Shown in pieces: positions 1 through 12,585 of a stretch of DNA of 64,000 nt (within the stretch, counting starts at the first letter, position 1; the number at the start of each line of letters is the position of its first letter). Location of the stretch: assembly GCA_013115145.1 (NCBI GenBank), contig JAAPAO010000089.1:21576-85575 (forward strand), in the 5' to 3' direction. This stretch comes from Perkinsus chesapeaki ATCC PRA-425 (Eukaryota > Protista > Perkinsozoa). The notes beneath the pieces were generated by a model. The model had not been told where the DNA came from. It searched no databases and saw only the letters and a list, made by a program, of their open reading frames with translations. Position numbers and translations under genes: made by a program.

Positions 1-99
1 CAGCCTGGTGGTCCGATGCACCGTCGACTGTGTACTTCAGAACTGCATCTTTGCTGGTTTTAGAAAAGGAACATCCCATAGGTCATACAAGGTGATAAT

Positions 100-460
100 A
101 CTAGTGACAACAAGCTCAGCGTATTTTGAGAGTGTTTCTCATCTGAATGCTTTTGACACGTTTATGGCGATACCTCACACTGTGAATGCGCGCAAGCAAC
201 AGACCATCGGTCCCATTGAACACAAAGCACCGTACAGTGCGCACAAAAATGAAAATTCCAGTTCACATGACAGTGGATCGAATGGACTTGATCATTCGAC
301 AGCTCTGATAGTGTTGACCGTGTGGATCATATCCTTCTCGCAGGTACTCCCGCAATTAACTCAAACCTTTACTTCAGCGCATAACGTAACCGCTTTGATT
401 CATCCGTCTCCGCTAGACATGCTCGAATACAGAGCATACGCTGTTGATTTGGTAACCTGA
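100..460 (+). repeat. Dispersed repeat, copy A (uncharacterised)
   Basis: acagtgcgcacaaaaatgaaaattccagt...agtggatcgaatggact.gatcattcgacag.tctgatagtgttgac recurs at ~10530-10620 and, split in two, at 13090-13251 and 13946-14060. Boundaries are approximate. Confidence 0.8.
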
Positions 461-2149
461 CCAGGATTTTTGGCTAAGGCTTGTCCCAATAGGGCTTGGG
501 TAGCGCAATGAGGCGGAGGCAATAGATTACAGCAGAGAAGCTCTCTCATCTTACCCCCAGATGGCCCAAAGTTGCTACTGCCGAGGCTTTCTATCAAGAC
601 AAGGGAAAGTGACACGAGTCACACAAGCAATGCGAAACTAAAATGCAAAGCCTTCGCAGCAGAGGTGCACAGGTGGGTTACTTTGCCTCATCGTAAGCTT
701 CCTCCAAGTATCGATCATCTCCATATTTTGGTCCCTGCCATGGACTCTATGGCAACATGCCCTTCAGTCGTCCTTTCCACTGGCCAGTCGAGGCTGACAA
801 CAGAACACGGCAGAGTCAGCAGCTGGTTTTCCGCGATAACAGACCGAACATTACAACTCCCGAACAACACCAGGACGAAGCTGAGTCACCCATAACATAA
901 TAGATACCTCTGGCCGTACAGCGACGGGAGACTTTGAGGATATACGAGGTCCCAATATTGAATCACTGCGAACGACTTCAGATCCAATGGAGATGGTCCA
1001 TGGCATCCGTTGTAAGATGATCGTACTGTGATTTGATAGCCATGTCAGTTGCTCATTCTTGAAGGGAGTCCCGTTCAAGATGGCCGCCTTAACTCGAGCC
1101 ACGATCGCCGAGAGAAGCACCAACCGGGTGTTAGATGATCGTGAGAGTCCAAATGATCTTGGGGCAGCCCTAGCTCGTACAAGTTAACAGTTTATGTAGG
1201 GTAATACTCAGTAGGTGCATGATCGGATTCGATCGCCAAGGAAAGATTTGGAAGGAGCTAGGAAAATAAGCGGCAAAAGATGTAAGTTATAGCATACACA
1301 CCAAACCGCTTTAGTTCTCAATGTGCCGCAGACCCGCAGCGTTCCAGACACTGCATCTGAGCTGTAAATAACACCATCGTTTGACACACTGAGTACGATT
1401 AACAAGAGATATCCGAAAGTCGCGGATCATGGTATCACGCAATAACATTTTTCAATATCCCTGTACACTTAACGCAATGGCAAGCTTTTGCGAACAATAA
1501 GTCGTAAAAGCCCTCAGGCTGTTTGAAGATGGACTACAAGCTTTGAAACAGCCCTCCGGTTGACATACACAAAATTCTCACACCAAGACCTTCCCAATAC
1601 AATACTTACCTACATTAATAGACGCTGAGAATAAACTTATTGGTGCATGAACTTGTCATTGCTACATGAAGCTTGACTTTCACGCCTTGAAAGGGTAAAA
1701 GTTTTCTAGGGAGTTGAGGATTCTCTCTGTCATACGAGCATTCTGATCTTCTGGGAAGACATCGCCGACTGTGTCATACCTCATCACGACCATCCTTTGA
1801 CTTCTGTTATGACAGTTCAGCCGGGAACGTGCCGAAACTCTCCTGTTGTTCCCATTGGTGCCTGCTCTGGAGGGTGTGGGGTGGAGCCGTAGGCCGGACA
1901 CTGATAGTGCACCGGGAGTAGTTGGCTGGCACGAAACCGTGCCAAGCTACACCAGTACACATCAGTGACCGTGGCAGCCTGCAGCACATCATGCAGTGCG
2001 AAGAGACTGACCTGTGAACAACAGGGTCCGATCGCACGGCTGAACGTGCCGCAGGCCTCCGCCAGGGCGGGCTGGGACGGGATTGTGAAGTTGCTAAAAC
2101 TGGCGTTGAGCAGGCGTCTTGGGAACCTGCCTGGGATGGATCCGCTAGC

Positions 2150-4828
2150 CTAGCTCTGTCCCTTCGTTGTGTGCTGAATAGTGCGCGCGCCACAAATCTC
2201 AACACCTCTCCATGCGCAGTCTCTTTGGAAACAACACTAGTGGTCGGGGACCACTCTTAGTTACAGTCAGCGGATCGTCACACGCCATCCCCTCCATCCA
2301 GTTTCCCAGATTATCGGCTATCGTTGGAAGAGTAGAATTCTGAGTCAGAATTTCTGACCTTCGTCAACCCATTACAGCCCCTTCGAGCCGTGAACCAAGA
2401 CAGACGTTGACATGCGGTTGATAGGTTCCTTTGAGCGTGTTTAGAGCAAGAACACCGTCGATAGAGACGAACTCATTCACTTCTCCAGCGCATAGCAAAC
2501 CTTGTGCCATCATTGCGCCATCTTCTCTACCCCAGGCGAATATGGGTATGGATGAGCCATACTTCCGTCTCGCCAGTTGGATAACTTCTCTTGCAAAAGC
2601 GAAACCATCAATAGAAGGATCACCATTGCAGCAACTTCCTGCGTTCCACGAGCCGTGAAAGTCATCATCTTTACTTGCCAGCGCAGAAGGTGAAATAAGG
2701 ACATTTTTGTAGCGATCGGCGAGCGAATAAAGTGGACCCAAGTGGTGCAGCCAAGTGGTGCAACCAGAAGAGTTCTGGTTGAAGCTATGGAAGTCGATAA
2801 TAACCATCAGAGGGCTGCTTATTTTAGCCCCAGAAGCACCATCGTATGTAAACTGAACCCCGTCGTGATCGACAGGTGCTCGGTCACGAGGGAAAAAGAA
2901 GGCGCTAAGCGCAGTGTAAGTGATGCCGACACTCACGTCTCCTTCATACCTCTGAAGTCCACCAAGAACCTTTATTTCTAGCAAAGCATGACCACTGCAG
3001 GTATGTGCAATAAGAGTAAGATTTCTCTCGGGGAAACTCTCGCTCTGGTTGCACTTCAGGTAATCAACCCACGATTGGATGTTCTCTCTTATCGTGGGCA
3101 GGGGAGGGGTACTCCGAGGAATCCAGCTGGGCTTGCCGTAATAGAACCCGTTGAAGAAACTTAACCTGGTTAGGCGTAGCTTGTTCAATGCGTATCAGAC
3201 TGATACTATCAGTCTGGAGTCCCAAAGTCTGTAGAGCGCAGAGCCCATGACATCGCCTCACACGGTCCAAATGGAGGTGATTTGTAGGGAACTAGACCTA
3301 GTATTCCCCCGACAGAAACATCAGCCTTTGCGAGCCCAGTGCATATCATCGCTTCGACCATCATAGCGCCATTACCATACCCAATTGCGTAAACAGGTAA
3401 GGAGTAGTTGTCAAGCTGCTGTCTGGTTGTGGCGACGATATTAGATACAAGAGAGAAGTCATCCACGGAAGGCTCCTGAATGCAGCACTCTCCTGCATTC
3501 TAGGCCGCCACACCATTAGCATTAATCACAGCGCACGGAGTGATGAACGTGAAGCGGAACTCCTCAGCGTGGACCATGAGGGCTGCACCGCGCGTATTGT
3601 GTGAATCTTCACATTTTTCACCGATATTATGAAAGTTTAAGACCATTGCTTCAGGACGAACGCCAGGATCATGGGTATGATATGACCGTTCTGTGTTGGT
3701 GGTTGCTGGCCAATCGGTCTCAGTGAAGAAAAATCCAATGGCATACCTTGCCACGTCTCCTTTCCATACGGATTCTCCAAGGGTCATGGCATTAGCGGTG
3801 TTGAAAATAATTTCTTGAACTTTCACCCACTCCTTCTGGCAGACCATTCGAGCTATTGACATGCCTTGGCTGTAGCGGACAGAAGGAGATTTGGTGACAG
3901 AAGGAGATTTGGCACAGCCCAGCCTTGCAACCCAAGCGCCGACATCCTTCTCTCGATCTGGCATTACAGACGAGAAGCTGTCCTCATAGAAAGTTCCAGG
4001 ATAACCATCGTCACCACGCATGAGAGCAAGCCGATATGCCGCAGCATTGTCCTTCTGAAAAAACTCTGTTGCAGTTCAAGAGACCTTCGTCGCCGCCAGG
4101 TCCCATCACGACACTGCTTCCTACTGTGACAGCACCTTTGATATTATTCTCGCAGAATAGCTTGTGTGCGAGCATGCCACGGTGGCATTGCCACCAGCAC
4201 CAAAGCCAACCGCATAGACTGGCGAGTCGGGCAGATAGCGATCTTTAAGAGCCTCCAGTGGAGCAAGAACAGAATCCTCGTCGTCTTGTGACTTATCGTT
4301 CTTACAGCAGGCCCCAGCAACCCATGTTGGTCGACCATCCGTATCTGGCCTTCCGCATGGGGTCACCAAAAGAAAGTTAGATATGTTGACAACACCAAGA
4401 ACTCCACTTTCATGGTGTCGTGTTCGGCAGTGCTCTCCTGTAGCATGAAGATTCAGTACAATAGCACTGGCATTCTGGAAGGGTTCTGTTACGAAGTATT
4501 CTCTGTCACTTCCTCCTGGCCCATCCTTGAAGGGAACATAGATCGAGAATGGTATCCCTGAGCCTATGCCGGTCGCAGTGATAGGGACCAACGCGGATCC
4601 AGTTGCAGTGATGGCGGGACCAATGGCTCCAGCTAAACCAAAGAATGCCCCGAACAGAGCAGAAAATGAGCCAAATAGGCCTCCAAGTGCACCTCCAAGG
4701 CCCCCTACTCCAGTGCCCGCGTTGCTGTTAGGAGATTTGCCACTGCGCTTGCCTTCAACCACTATCATTGAAGAGGAGGATACCAACCACACCCACAGAA
4801 TCCACTTGAAGCGTGGTTGAGTACACAC
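2150..4828 (-). CDS. Secreted protein with three tandem LpqC/PHB-depolymerase-like alpha/beta-hydrolase domains; catalytic Ser absent; in-frame TAG at 3500-3502
   Basis: The motif set xxxxH(x)..LxxP..W(N/V)AGxCC..D(D/G)..(V/I)(Y/F)AxGxxxG occurs three times (ORFs 4121-4828, 3500-4021 plus 3209-3466, 2364-3188). The N-terminus is hydrophobic. The gene is multi-exon; the true start and the 3' end (may run to ~1680) are uncertain. Confidence 0.7.
2337..2358. other. 22-bp inverted-triplication scar (perfect), S=ATTCTGAC
   Basis: ATTCTGA+GTCAGAAT+TTCTGAC. It sits at an intron 3' end of the esterase-like gene and duplicates the TCAG acceptor on the minus strand. Confidence 0.8.
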
Positions 4829-5535
4829 GAGACTAACAGAAGCTGAGAAGCTAAATAATACTTAATGAATATATGGCTCCACCTCGGTGTGAACTAAGGT
4901 CCATCCCTGTAAAATTCAAAGTGTAGATTTCACATGAGATGCGGCACAACAGATGTGCCTCCACTCGATGATTTTTAACTAGAGAGACAAGATCCTTGGT
5001 GAGAGTTCTACGGTGGTACGACGCTTCGTGTTGTCAGATTCAATGCCCCTCCTCAGTGTGCCAAACCTTCTTCAAGAGCTACTTTTGAGAGCAGTACCAC
5101 TGGGCACGTGTGCTCCAAGGCTGACTCTGAACGGAATCATTCGCGTGCAGGCCTCGTCCAATGAACTGAGTATCAAGAAAAGAGTGTCACGGCTCTACGA
5201 TCGCCCTCTAGCTGCACACTCGTTTAGCTGCTTTGCATGCATGCTGGCACGTGTGGTCTCATACTGGACTCCGCTTCTGGGAGGCACGCTCCTTCTTAGG
5301 TGACGTGCGATCCTCAATATCACTGATGTTTCAACAGCGACGCATATTATGCGTCTCTGAGGCGATCTCCATTCACAGCGAGCTATGAGGCTACGTCCTT
5401 ATAAGAAGTTCTCATTGAGAACCCCCGGAGCGTGCTCGCCTTCCCTGTCTGCTTCCATGTGTTCATTTGACATAGACGCTCGTTCTACCGGTTTTCTGTC
5501 GCGCTCTATTACAGTGTATACACTACCCTGACTTA

Positions 5536-7683
5536 ATGTTGGCTCGTACTCTTGTATGGGTTGCGCTCGTCGCTCCCAGCAGAGGTGAAGAAGGAACCTT
5601 CGACCAAATTGTTGACCATTTTGATGGTGAGTTCCTTGATATCAGTGATTCACTGCTCTTCCCACTCTCAGATTCCGCCACCCCTCCGAAAACTTTCCAG
5701 CAGCATTACAACTATTTTGAGGGATTATTTCGTCCTTCTGGCCCTCCTGAGGTGACACTATCGCCATTCACTTCCTATTCAGTTCCTTGTTATGTAAGTA
5801 GGCCGTTATTATTGAAATACTAGGGGAAGCCCCTAATCTGCTAAAAGCTGGCCCTTATGGTGATACCGTGGGAGTAGCTAGACGGCTCGGGGCGATAGTG
5901 GTTCAACTTGAACATAGGTAAAGATAGATGCGGTCCTGTTATTTCCACCAGCTTTTCCCCCAGGCTAATAAGCTAGCCCTATCTCGTAGCTTTTAGGTTC
6001 TTTGGTCCGGACCTTCCAGCACCGCTAACTTCTGATGTAGCCGTGTTGCGCCGGCTTTTGAACATTGTCATCTCAGATCATAGCTGACATTGTCTACTTT
6101 CGCGACTATCTCCTCAAGAATAAGCTCACCCATCTGAAGAACCCTCAATTCCTTCTCATGGGCAACAGTTGGCCAGGGGTAGGTTACTCGATCTGCCAGG
6201 TTATGTTTTAGTGCTTAGAGCCTAGCAGCGTGGACTCGCGTGAAGCACCCTGAAGAATTCGCCGGTGCTGTTGCTGGAGCACCGGCGCTTCGGTTCTATG
6301 TCGATTATCCGGGGTGCTTAGATACATCCGCTGAGTATAGCATTTCTCGTCAGATACTTCGATACCGTAGCCGAAGCCTTATCCAGAGAATCCGTCGGAG
6401 GGAGCTGCGAATGTGCTTGCTTCGTAGGCTCACTTTTGGAATGCACGCTAGGTCGCCCACGTTATCCTCAGTTTGGTGAGGCGTCCAAGATTATGGAAGA
6501 TTTCATAGAAGACGAAGACCAGAAAGAGATACTTGCTGAAGAGTTTGATACTGAGCCAGAGTTCTTCAACGACTATCATGGTCTCGCTTTGCTGTATGTC
6601 TGGACTCCAGGCTCTTGAGGTTTCTGGTTGGTATTCTTTCCATCCAACCCTCTCCGCATTGTATCATGTCAAGTTGCCACGCATTTTTCTAGTGATTACT
6701 TCATTCTTAGTGCTATCTCTTCTCCATTGAGTGAAGGGGTGAAACAGAATAGTGACCGGCAGATCCAGAAGATATGCCGCAGTGTCGAAGACTTACTTAA
6801 AAGAGTCAAGGCTGGTGCTGACTCGGACGAAGAAGATGATTCTGATGCTATTGATGAGGATCTGGTCGAGTAGGTCTGATATCTAGTATGGTATGGCTGA
6901 TGCTCGATTTCAGTGGGTATTACCTTCAAGAGTTAGCCAAGCACCTGATCGGATCAAGGAGTGTGAAAACATACACAGAAGTCGTAGAGTTGTAGAATCC
7001 ATAAGTGAGTCAGGAGCACCATCGTATGGATCAGGTATATCAGTAAGCCCGAAACAAAGCCCTGGCTGCTGCTAAAATGTACTGAGCTTGGACTTTTCCC
7101 TTCGTGCAATGAAGGGTCGGCTTGCCCCCTCATAAATACCGAAGACTTTGTCGATGCCCAACTGAAGCTATGCGAAGACGTGTTTGGTATCCCTGCTCCG
7201 GAGGTTAGTTAACGGCACATCCAAAAACTTGAGTTATCGGCGTGGTTACCTTTCGCACAGTTCTCTCTTATTTTTGCATTTATCAGATTCATACCAGGAT
7301 CGCGGCTAATCAAGAGAAATATGGCAAACTTGAGATCACTAAGAGCGACGGCAAAACCGATCTCACTAATATCATTGTCATTCGTGGCGAGCTCGACCCT
7401 GTCCGAGATGCTGGTCAGCCGCTCAATCCACCGAGCGACCTGATCGAAATAACGGTAGCCAAGAATTGAATAGTCCTTCAATTCGAGGACTCCCATGTAG
7501 GTCAAAGATGCCAGCCACGGTACTTGGGCCATCAAGCCAGAAAGTCAGAGCCAACAGATAAGGTACCACTGCACGCCGTATTTGATTGTTGTGATCGAAA
7601 GGGGCTATCATCTCGCGCTTCTCAGGGCCTTGTACGATACAATAGCTCAGCAGGCTGTGAAATTTCTGAACCGAGTCGAGTGA
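5536..7683 (+). CDS. Serine carboxypeptidase S28 family (PRCP/DPP7-like), secreted, multi-exon
   Basis: Signal peptide, then FDQIVDHF, TFQQHY, QLEHR, IIADIVYF, nucleophile motif MGNSWPG, AAWTRVKHP, CTELG, RGELDP, DASHG. Stop TGA at 7681-7683. Confidence 0.85.
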
Positions 7684-7899
7684 AGCTACCCTGCGAAGTC
7701 GATGGACCATTTCATTGAAATCGCTTTACGCCTTTGGCTCAGCCAATCAGGCATTTTTCTCATTAAAAAGATATCGCATTGGAACGTCTTACGTTCAGAC
7801 TGCTAGGAGGCGCCTAGTAAGAGTTCCGTAAGCCTAGAGTTGTCAATATCGAGTTTGGTAATGGTGGTATACGAGTCGTAAAAACTGTGCTTATTTACA

Positions 7900-9300
7900 A
7901 CTCAGTTCATTCCCACATCATAGGCGAACTAACTCGAGCATCAAGCTGCGAAGTCATACTGTCGGCCCGACAGTGTTGAACACTTGTTGGAATAACATCT
8001 CTTATCTTTTTGAGGTTAATGCATGGCTCTGTTCAAAACAGTCATCCTCTTTATCCTTCAGGGGCCTTCGGGTCCTTGAACAGCCTAATTATTACTCTTC
8101 CGTCGGCCTTTCGCCTCTGTATTCACTGCCTCCGAACCACTACTCCCACGGTGCGCCGACCCGTTCAGCGCATTCGATCTTCGCCGCCGGAGCAGCGCGG
8201 AGGCCCTTCGCGCTGCTCGGTGGTGGTCGTCCTCAGTGATGTAGTGCTCCATACTCAAGTATCGTGCTTGGATTGAGACCGCGTCTTCGTTAGCATCGCC
8301 CCTGGACGCCCCTGGACGCTCTTTGTTGAATGGCCGACTCTCACTTGCGCCTTGTATGGTAGATGTTCCGAAAGCGTGCGTTTGTCCTACACGAACGCTA
8401 CCTACGTTACATGATTGGGGAACATCTTACCCAAGTACCCGGTCAGCTCCCCAACATCCCACTCTATGTCAGCCGCTGGTGGTGGTTTCATTTTGAGGTC
8501 CTCCAATTGTTCGCGTTAGGCTACCGCCCCTTCAGCTTCGACCGCCAGAACGTGAACCGTCTCTATTTCTTTGAAGGATCCTCGGCTCTGCGCGGTTCCC
8601 AGGCCCCCTTCTTCAACGCTTTGACCAGCTTTGTTCCACCCCATAATTGTCCAACCTGTTGGTGGGTAGTAGGCTAGGAGTCCGTATCCTCTACACAACC
8701 ACCGGTATCTCGCCCCCTACTTCCTCTAGCGTTGACCAGCTCGGCGATCTTCTGCGCCGCTACTCGGAGATCTGCAGATGTTGGGGCCACGTCTGTCTGC
8801 CAAATGCTCTCCTTTGTCAGTAAGTTAGTCAATGCAGTAGCGGCGCTACTGTAGCGCGGAAAGCCGAGCATCGACGCTATAGGTTTTCCCGGGGGAACTC
8901 CGCGCACGAAATCGACCAGCTATGCACATGGTCAACATATGCGCTGGTGAGAACATGAGCCCATCTTACGCTGCTTTTCTCGGACGGCCATTAGCCGTCG
9001 GCTAATACTTGGACAGGTGAGCACGTCCTCACACTGCCCATCACATATATCTCCACTACATCCTTTCTCCCAGGTACAATACAAATAACTGAATTCTCAC
9101 CCCTCTCGGTACGAAGAAGTGGAGAGACCCTGTGTTTGTGACCTATTCCATGAATTCATGATGGCAATGCGGGTTCCTGCATATCCTTACCTTTACTATT
9201 GGACTGCGCGGCATATTGCGGACCGTCCCAGGTAACAACCAACTCTTCGTGACAATGGTTGGATTGTGGGTGCTGTTTAGAATCTAAACAGATTTAGCTC
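7900..9300 (-). mobile_element. Decayed non-LTR retrotransposon (APE endonuclease plus start of RT)
   Basis: Stop-riddled minus-strand frames read W..QYAAQSNSKGKDMQE (APE-like), QLWGGTKLVKAL, and KADGRVIIRLFKDPKAPEG..NLKKIRDVI (RT N-terminal-like). Recognised by eye only. Confidence 0.45.
8984..9005. other. 22-bp scar, one mismatch, S=ACGGCTAA
   Basis: ACGGCCA+TTAGCCGT+CGGCTAA. Confidence 0.65.
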
Positions 9301-10107
9301 ATCTAAACTACAAAGTCTTCAAAGGATGGTTCAACAACAAGAACGACCTGTCCTATGTGAGCTTGGGAGCTCAGTTCCAGCACGCGTTCCGTGTCGACGG
9401 CACTCAAGATGAGCATAAAACATTTGCTAGTGTCTGGTTAGCTAGAAAAAGGACAAGCTCAATGAGCAGTGATGACATCACTCCCAATCCCCTACCCTAA
9501 TATTAAGCATCTGTCGCATGACCGCTTTGCTTTAGTGCGCTTCGCACTAAGGGCCGTCTGTCTCACGACTGTCAGTGTTTTGTTCTAGCGTACGCTCAGT
9601 AACCTATGATAGACAATCGTATACTTCTCACTGTTATCTGTCGTGCAACAGGTACTTACACTCCTAGTGAAAAGCATCCCTCTGTCGGAGCGTGGGCAGC
9701 AAGTTGCTGCCAGCAACGCCATCTGCTGCACCCCACGTCTTACTCACCGAGTTATGCAGGTTTATACGCCTGTATGCACGCATGCACTATATAAGTTATA
9801 TAATATAACCCACTGTGAGTTACTCACACATATCCTATCTATCGCACAATTGTCGTACCACGGTATTACTAGCTTTCTTTACTCGTGATATTCTACTCAT
9901 TGCTCACTCTGTTTACTGCTCTATCTCTCTTCCGATATACGTTATCATCGTGGTGTTTATAACACTTCACACACCATCTCTAACGCGTGGTCCTGTTCCA
10001 TTCCAGCGAAGACATTGAACATATTGCACGTGTTTTGCAGGTGAAGCTCTGACTACAACGGAAATCAACAGGGAGACGCCTCATGGAAGCACGGGAATCA
10101 ACTTGTC

Positions 10108-10434
10108 ATGCACCTTTCATGCATCGTAGTCTATGAGACTCCTACTAATATCACCCCACTTTCATACCCTCGTCCTCCTGACCTCGACACCGACAATCAT
10201 CCTGCCCAACAGAAGATCCCTAGATACTGGATCACTTTCTGGGTGTGCAGAAGCTTCTATGAGGGCCATAGAACTGCAGCGCTCTCTGGTTACTATAAAT
10301 GTACTAAATTCAATGTAGCCCTCATCTCTATAGGAAGGGTGCATGTTGTAGTGGATTCCGCAACGAACCATATGTCTGTCCCGGGGACAGTGTCCCCTGG
10401 TCTAAAAAGGACGCACTCATTTGTTCCCTTTTAA
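10108..10434 (+). pseudogene. Possible pepsin-like aspartic protease C-lobe fragment
   Basis: FNVALISIGRVHVVVDSATNHMSVP resembles the second xxDSGTxxxxxP motif. No N-lobe found. Confidence 0.25.
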
Positions 10435-10489
10435 AGAAAGGGAGTGGACCTCTCCCGTGACCTTGCGCTAGTGTGACTTGTCCTCCGGT

Positions 10490-10710
10490 GATGGTTTGCA
10501 CAATGAGCTACATTCAACACAAATCTTCGCACAGTGCGCACAAAAATGAAAATTCCAGTCCACATAATAGTGGATCGAATGGACTAGATCATTCGACAGA
10601 TCTGATAGTGTTGACAGTATCATAGGGCCAAACGTAAGCGCTTAGAGTCGTCAGTCTCTGCTAGGCATGTTCGAATGCAGAGGATGCACTGCTGGTCATA
10701 CCCGATCAGC
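10490..10710 (+). repeat. Dispersed repeat, copy B (internal deletion)
   Basis: Near-identical to 232-320 and similar to 400-460 of copy A. Confidence 0.8.
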
Positions 10711-11416
10711 AACACGGGACATCCAGGCGCACGGAAAGAGACGTCCCTATCCGAAGTCGCGCGGATAACGAGTCGGTTGCTCAGTCAAGATGGACAAGTG
10801 TTGCCTCGTGGAAGAGCGACTCAGGAACTCCTCAATAAGACGCTCTTATAACGACAGGCATATGTTGAGAGTGTGTTACCGGGAAGCCGCCGCCCTCCGA
10901 GTGGCTCCCTGATATGCGGTACATGCTCCATACTATGTCCCACTGAAGACGGATGCCATCTGCCCTGCAGCAGACGAGTCATTGCAGTGACGGCAGTTTA
11001 CCGGGTATGATTGGGAGAGAGATTGAAGCTTAGATCGAGGCAAAGTTCTCGGTGCTCCCGCGAGTCTCCCAATGAGTGTTCAGTGAAGGTGCGGTACCCT
11101 TTGCGCTGGCCTTGCGCGTCTTCATCTTACTGTCTATCACCCGGAGGAGGTAACACGGTATAACAACTCTTATCAAATACGACTGCATCCCAAAAACGCG
11201 TACATATCTGGAGTATATGGACATTCAGAGTTAGTTCACTGAGACGGGTCATCACGGCGGTCCCATTTCCGGCATCGAACAGATGACCGACGTGATTCAC
11301 GCGTGGCTCCTCTGGCCTGTGACGGCCCTATGCTTAGCTAATCAATGTTCATAGAGCCATTCGAGCAGTCAGACTACTCGGAAGACTGTCAGGCTGCTTA
11401 GAAGACTCTTATAATA

Positions 11417-11456
11417 TATCACCGGGTGATGATCACCCCTACTAGGGGTCCCCTAG
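11417..11456. other. Two overlapping 22-bp scars (S~xATCACCC, one mismatch; S=ACCCCTAG, perfect)
   Basis: ATCACC-G-GGTGAT-G-ATCACC and ACCCCTA+CTAGGGGT+CCCCTAG. Both are absent from the paralog at 15541-15560. Confidence 0.85.
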
Positions 11457-11501
11457 AGTGATCATGTGTCACGTTCAGTTCCCTTGTGACCACCATTTTA
11501 A

Positions 11502-11642
11502 ATGCGCTTCATCAACTGGGCTTTAATTCTGGCAATCGTATCTCTGGTGGAAGTTAAGCCTGTTAACGCCTGTGACCCTGAGAAGTACTGGACTTGTCCC
11601 CCAGGAATGGTTTGCATACTCGGCGTATGTGGCAAAGCCTAA
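11502..11642 (+). CDS. Small secreted Cys-rich peptide 1 (46 aa)
   Basis: MRFINWALILAIVSLVEVKPVNA-CDPEKYWTCPPGMVCILGVCGKA*. Signal-like leader plus C-x7-C-x5-C-x4-C. Two paralogs nearby. Confidence 0.75.
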   Translation: MRFINWALILAIVSLVEVKPVNACDPEKYWTCPPGMVCILGVCGKA

Positions 11643-12585
11643 CTGCATGCAGAGCATGCACCATTATAATAGAGAAGCTGCACTCCTATTTTTACCCGGC
11701 GGGGATTTTGAAACTGGAATGAACCCTTTTGTTGAACCTCAGTGAATATCTTGAAAGATACTTACACCTTGTATCGCAGGAGACGCTTATCGATAACATT
11801 TCTTCTCCACGTATGCTCTCTACGACGATTTGAAACTTTGTTGCTCGGTGCCGGCTAACGGGAGGAGTATTAATGCTTTCATTTCTTGTTGACCGCTTTA
11901 TTGAATAAGGTTTATTCATTGTTCTGCAAGATCCTTCAGTTGCGTTCGCCAATAGTGAGCTTCAGGAAGTGACATTTCATATCGACCTATAAAAGACTTG
12001 CCTATCAAGGCAGTATCAGACAGGAAGGGTGTTCAGAAAGGTGTCAGCTATGATGGTAGAGCGGTCCAACTTACCATTGAAGCATTCGTTGAAAGTTAGG
12101 CACCACTTCTTGTCAACAAACTGTTAAGAATGGCTTCTTAGGGCTGTGTCCCAATGTGTCGTATGGGATGAACAGAGTCCACTGAGAGATCGTAGCAAAA
12201 GGAGCACTGTTCCTCTGCATTATTGCCAGGCCGTACCAGTGGGCCCAATAGCGCTATTCAACCAGAACTGATTGGATAAACATGTGAGCCAACAACTTGA
12301 GTATCCAAAATTTGATTCAATCATTGAACACCCATCGGAACGCGCTCAAGTAGTACCTCTTGAATGTGGACCACATCCAGGCATTGGATCAGAGTGGGCT
12401 GGTAGCTAGGCATTGCTTTATATGCAGCAGACAAGTGACTGGCTGTGGTTCTATCAATATTGAGGGCTAAATAACAACTTGAGTCGAGCAATAAAGCCTG
12501 GCTCATTTGCGCGCGCCGAGATCCGCGTGGCACAAATTGCGTCGACAATTACTCTACTTGAGTTCCGTTCTTCCAGTCAATCAGC

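Larger units (their letters stand above)
11075..12040 (+). repeat. Segmental duplication unit 1 (paralogous to 15230-16120), contains peptide gene 1
   Basis: Colinear similarity, e.g. ctgtctatca.ccgg..., tcacgcgtggctcctc.ggcctgtgacggccctatgct, agagtgatcatgtgtcacgttcagttcccttgtgaccaccattttaaatgcg. Confidence 0.9.

Noticed and set aside
560-1600. Possible Ty3 integrase zinc-finger remnant (YFGPCHGLY..RPFHWP)
   Set aside because: Only one weak motif, with no supporting D-D-E remnants identified.
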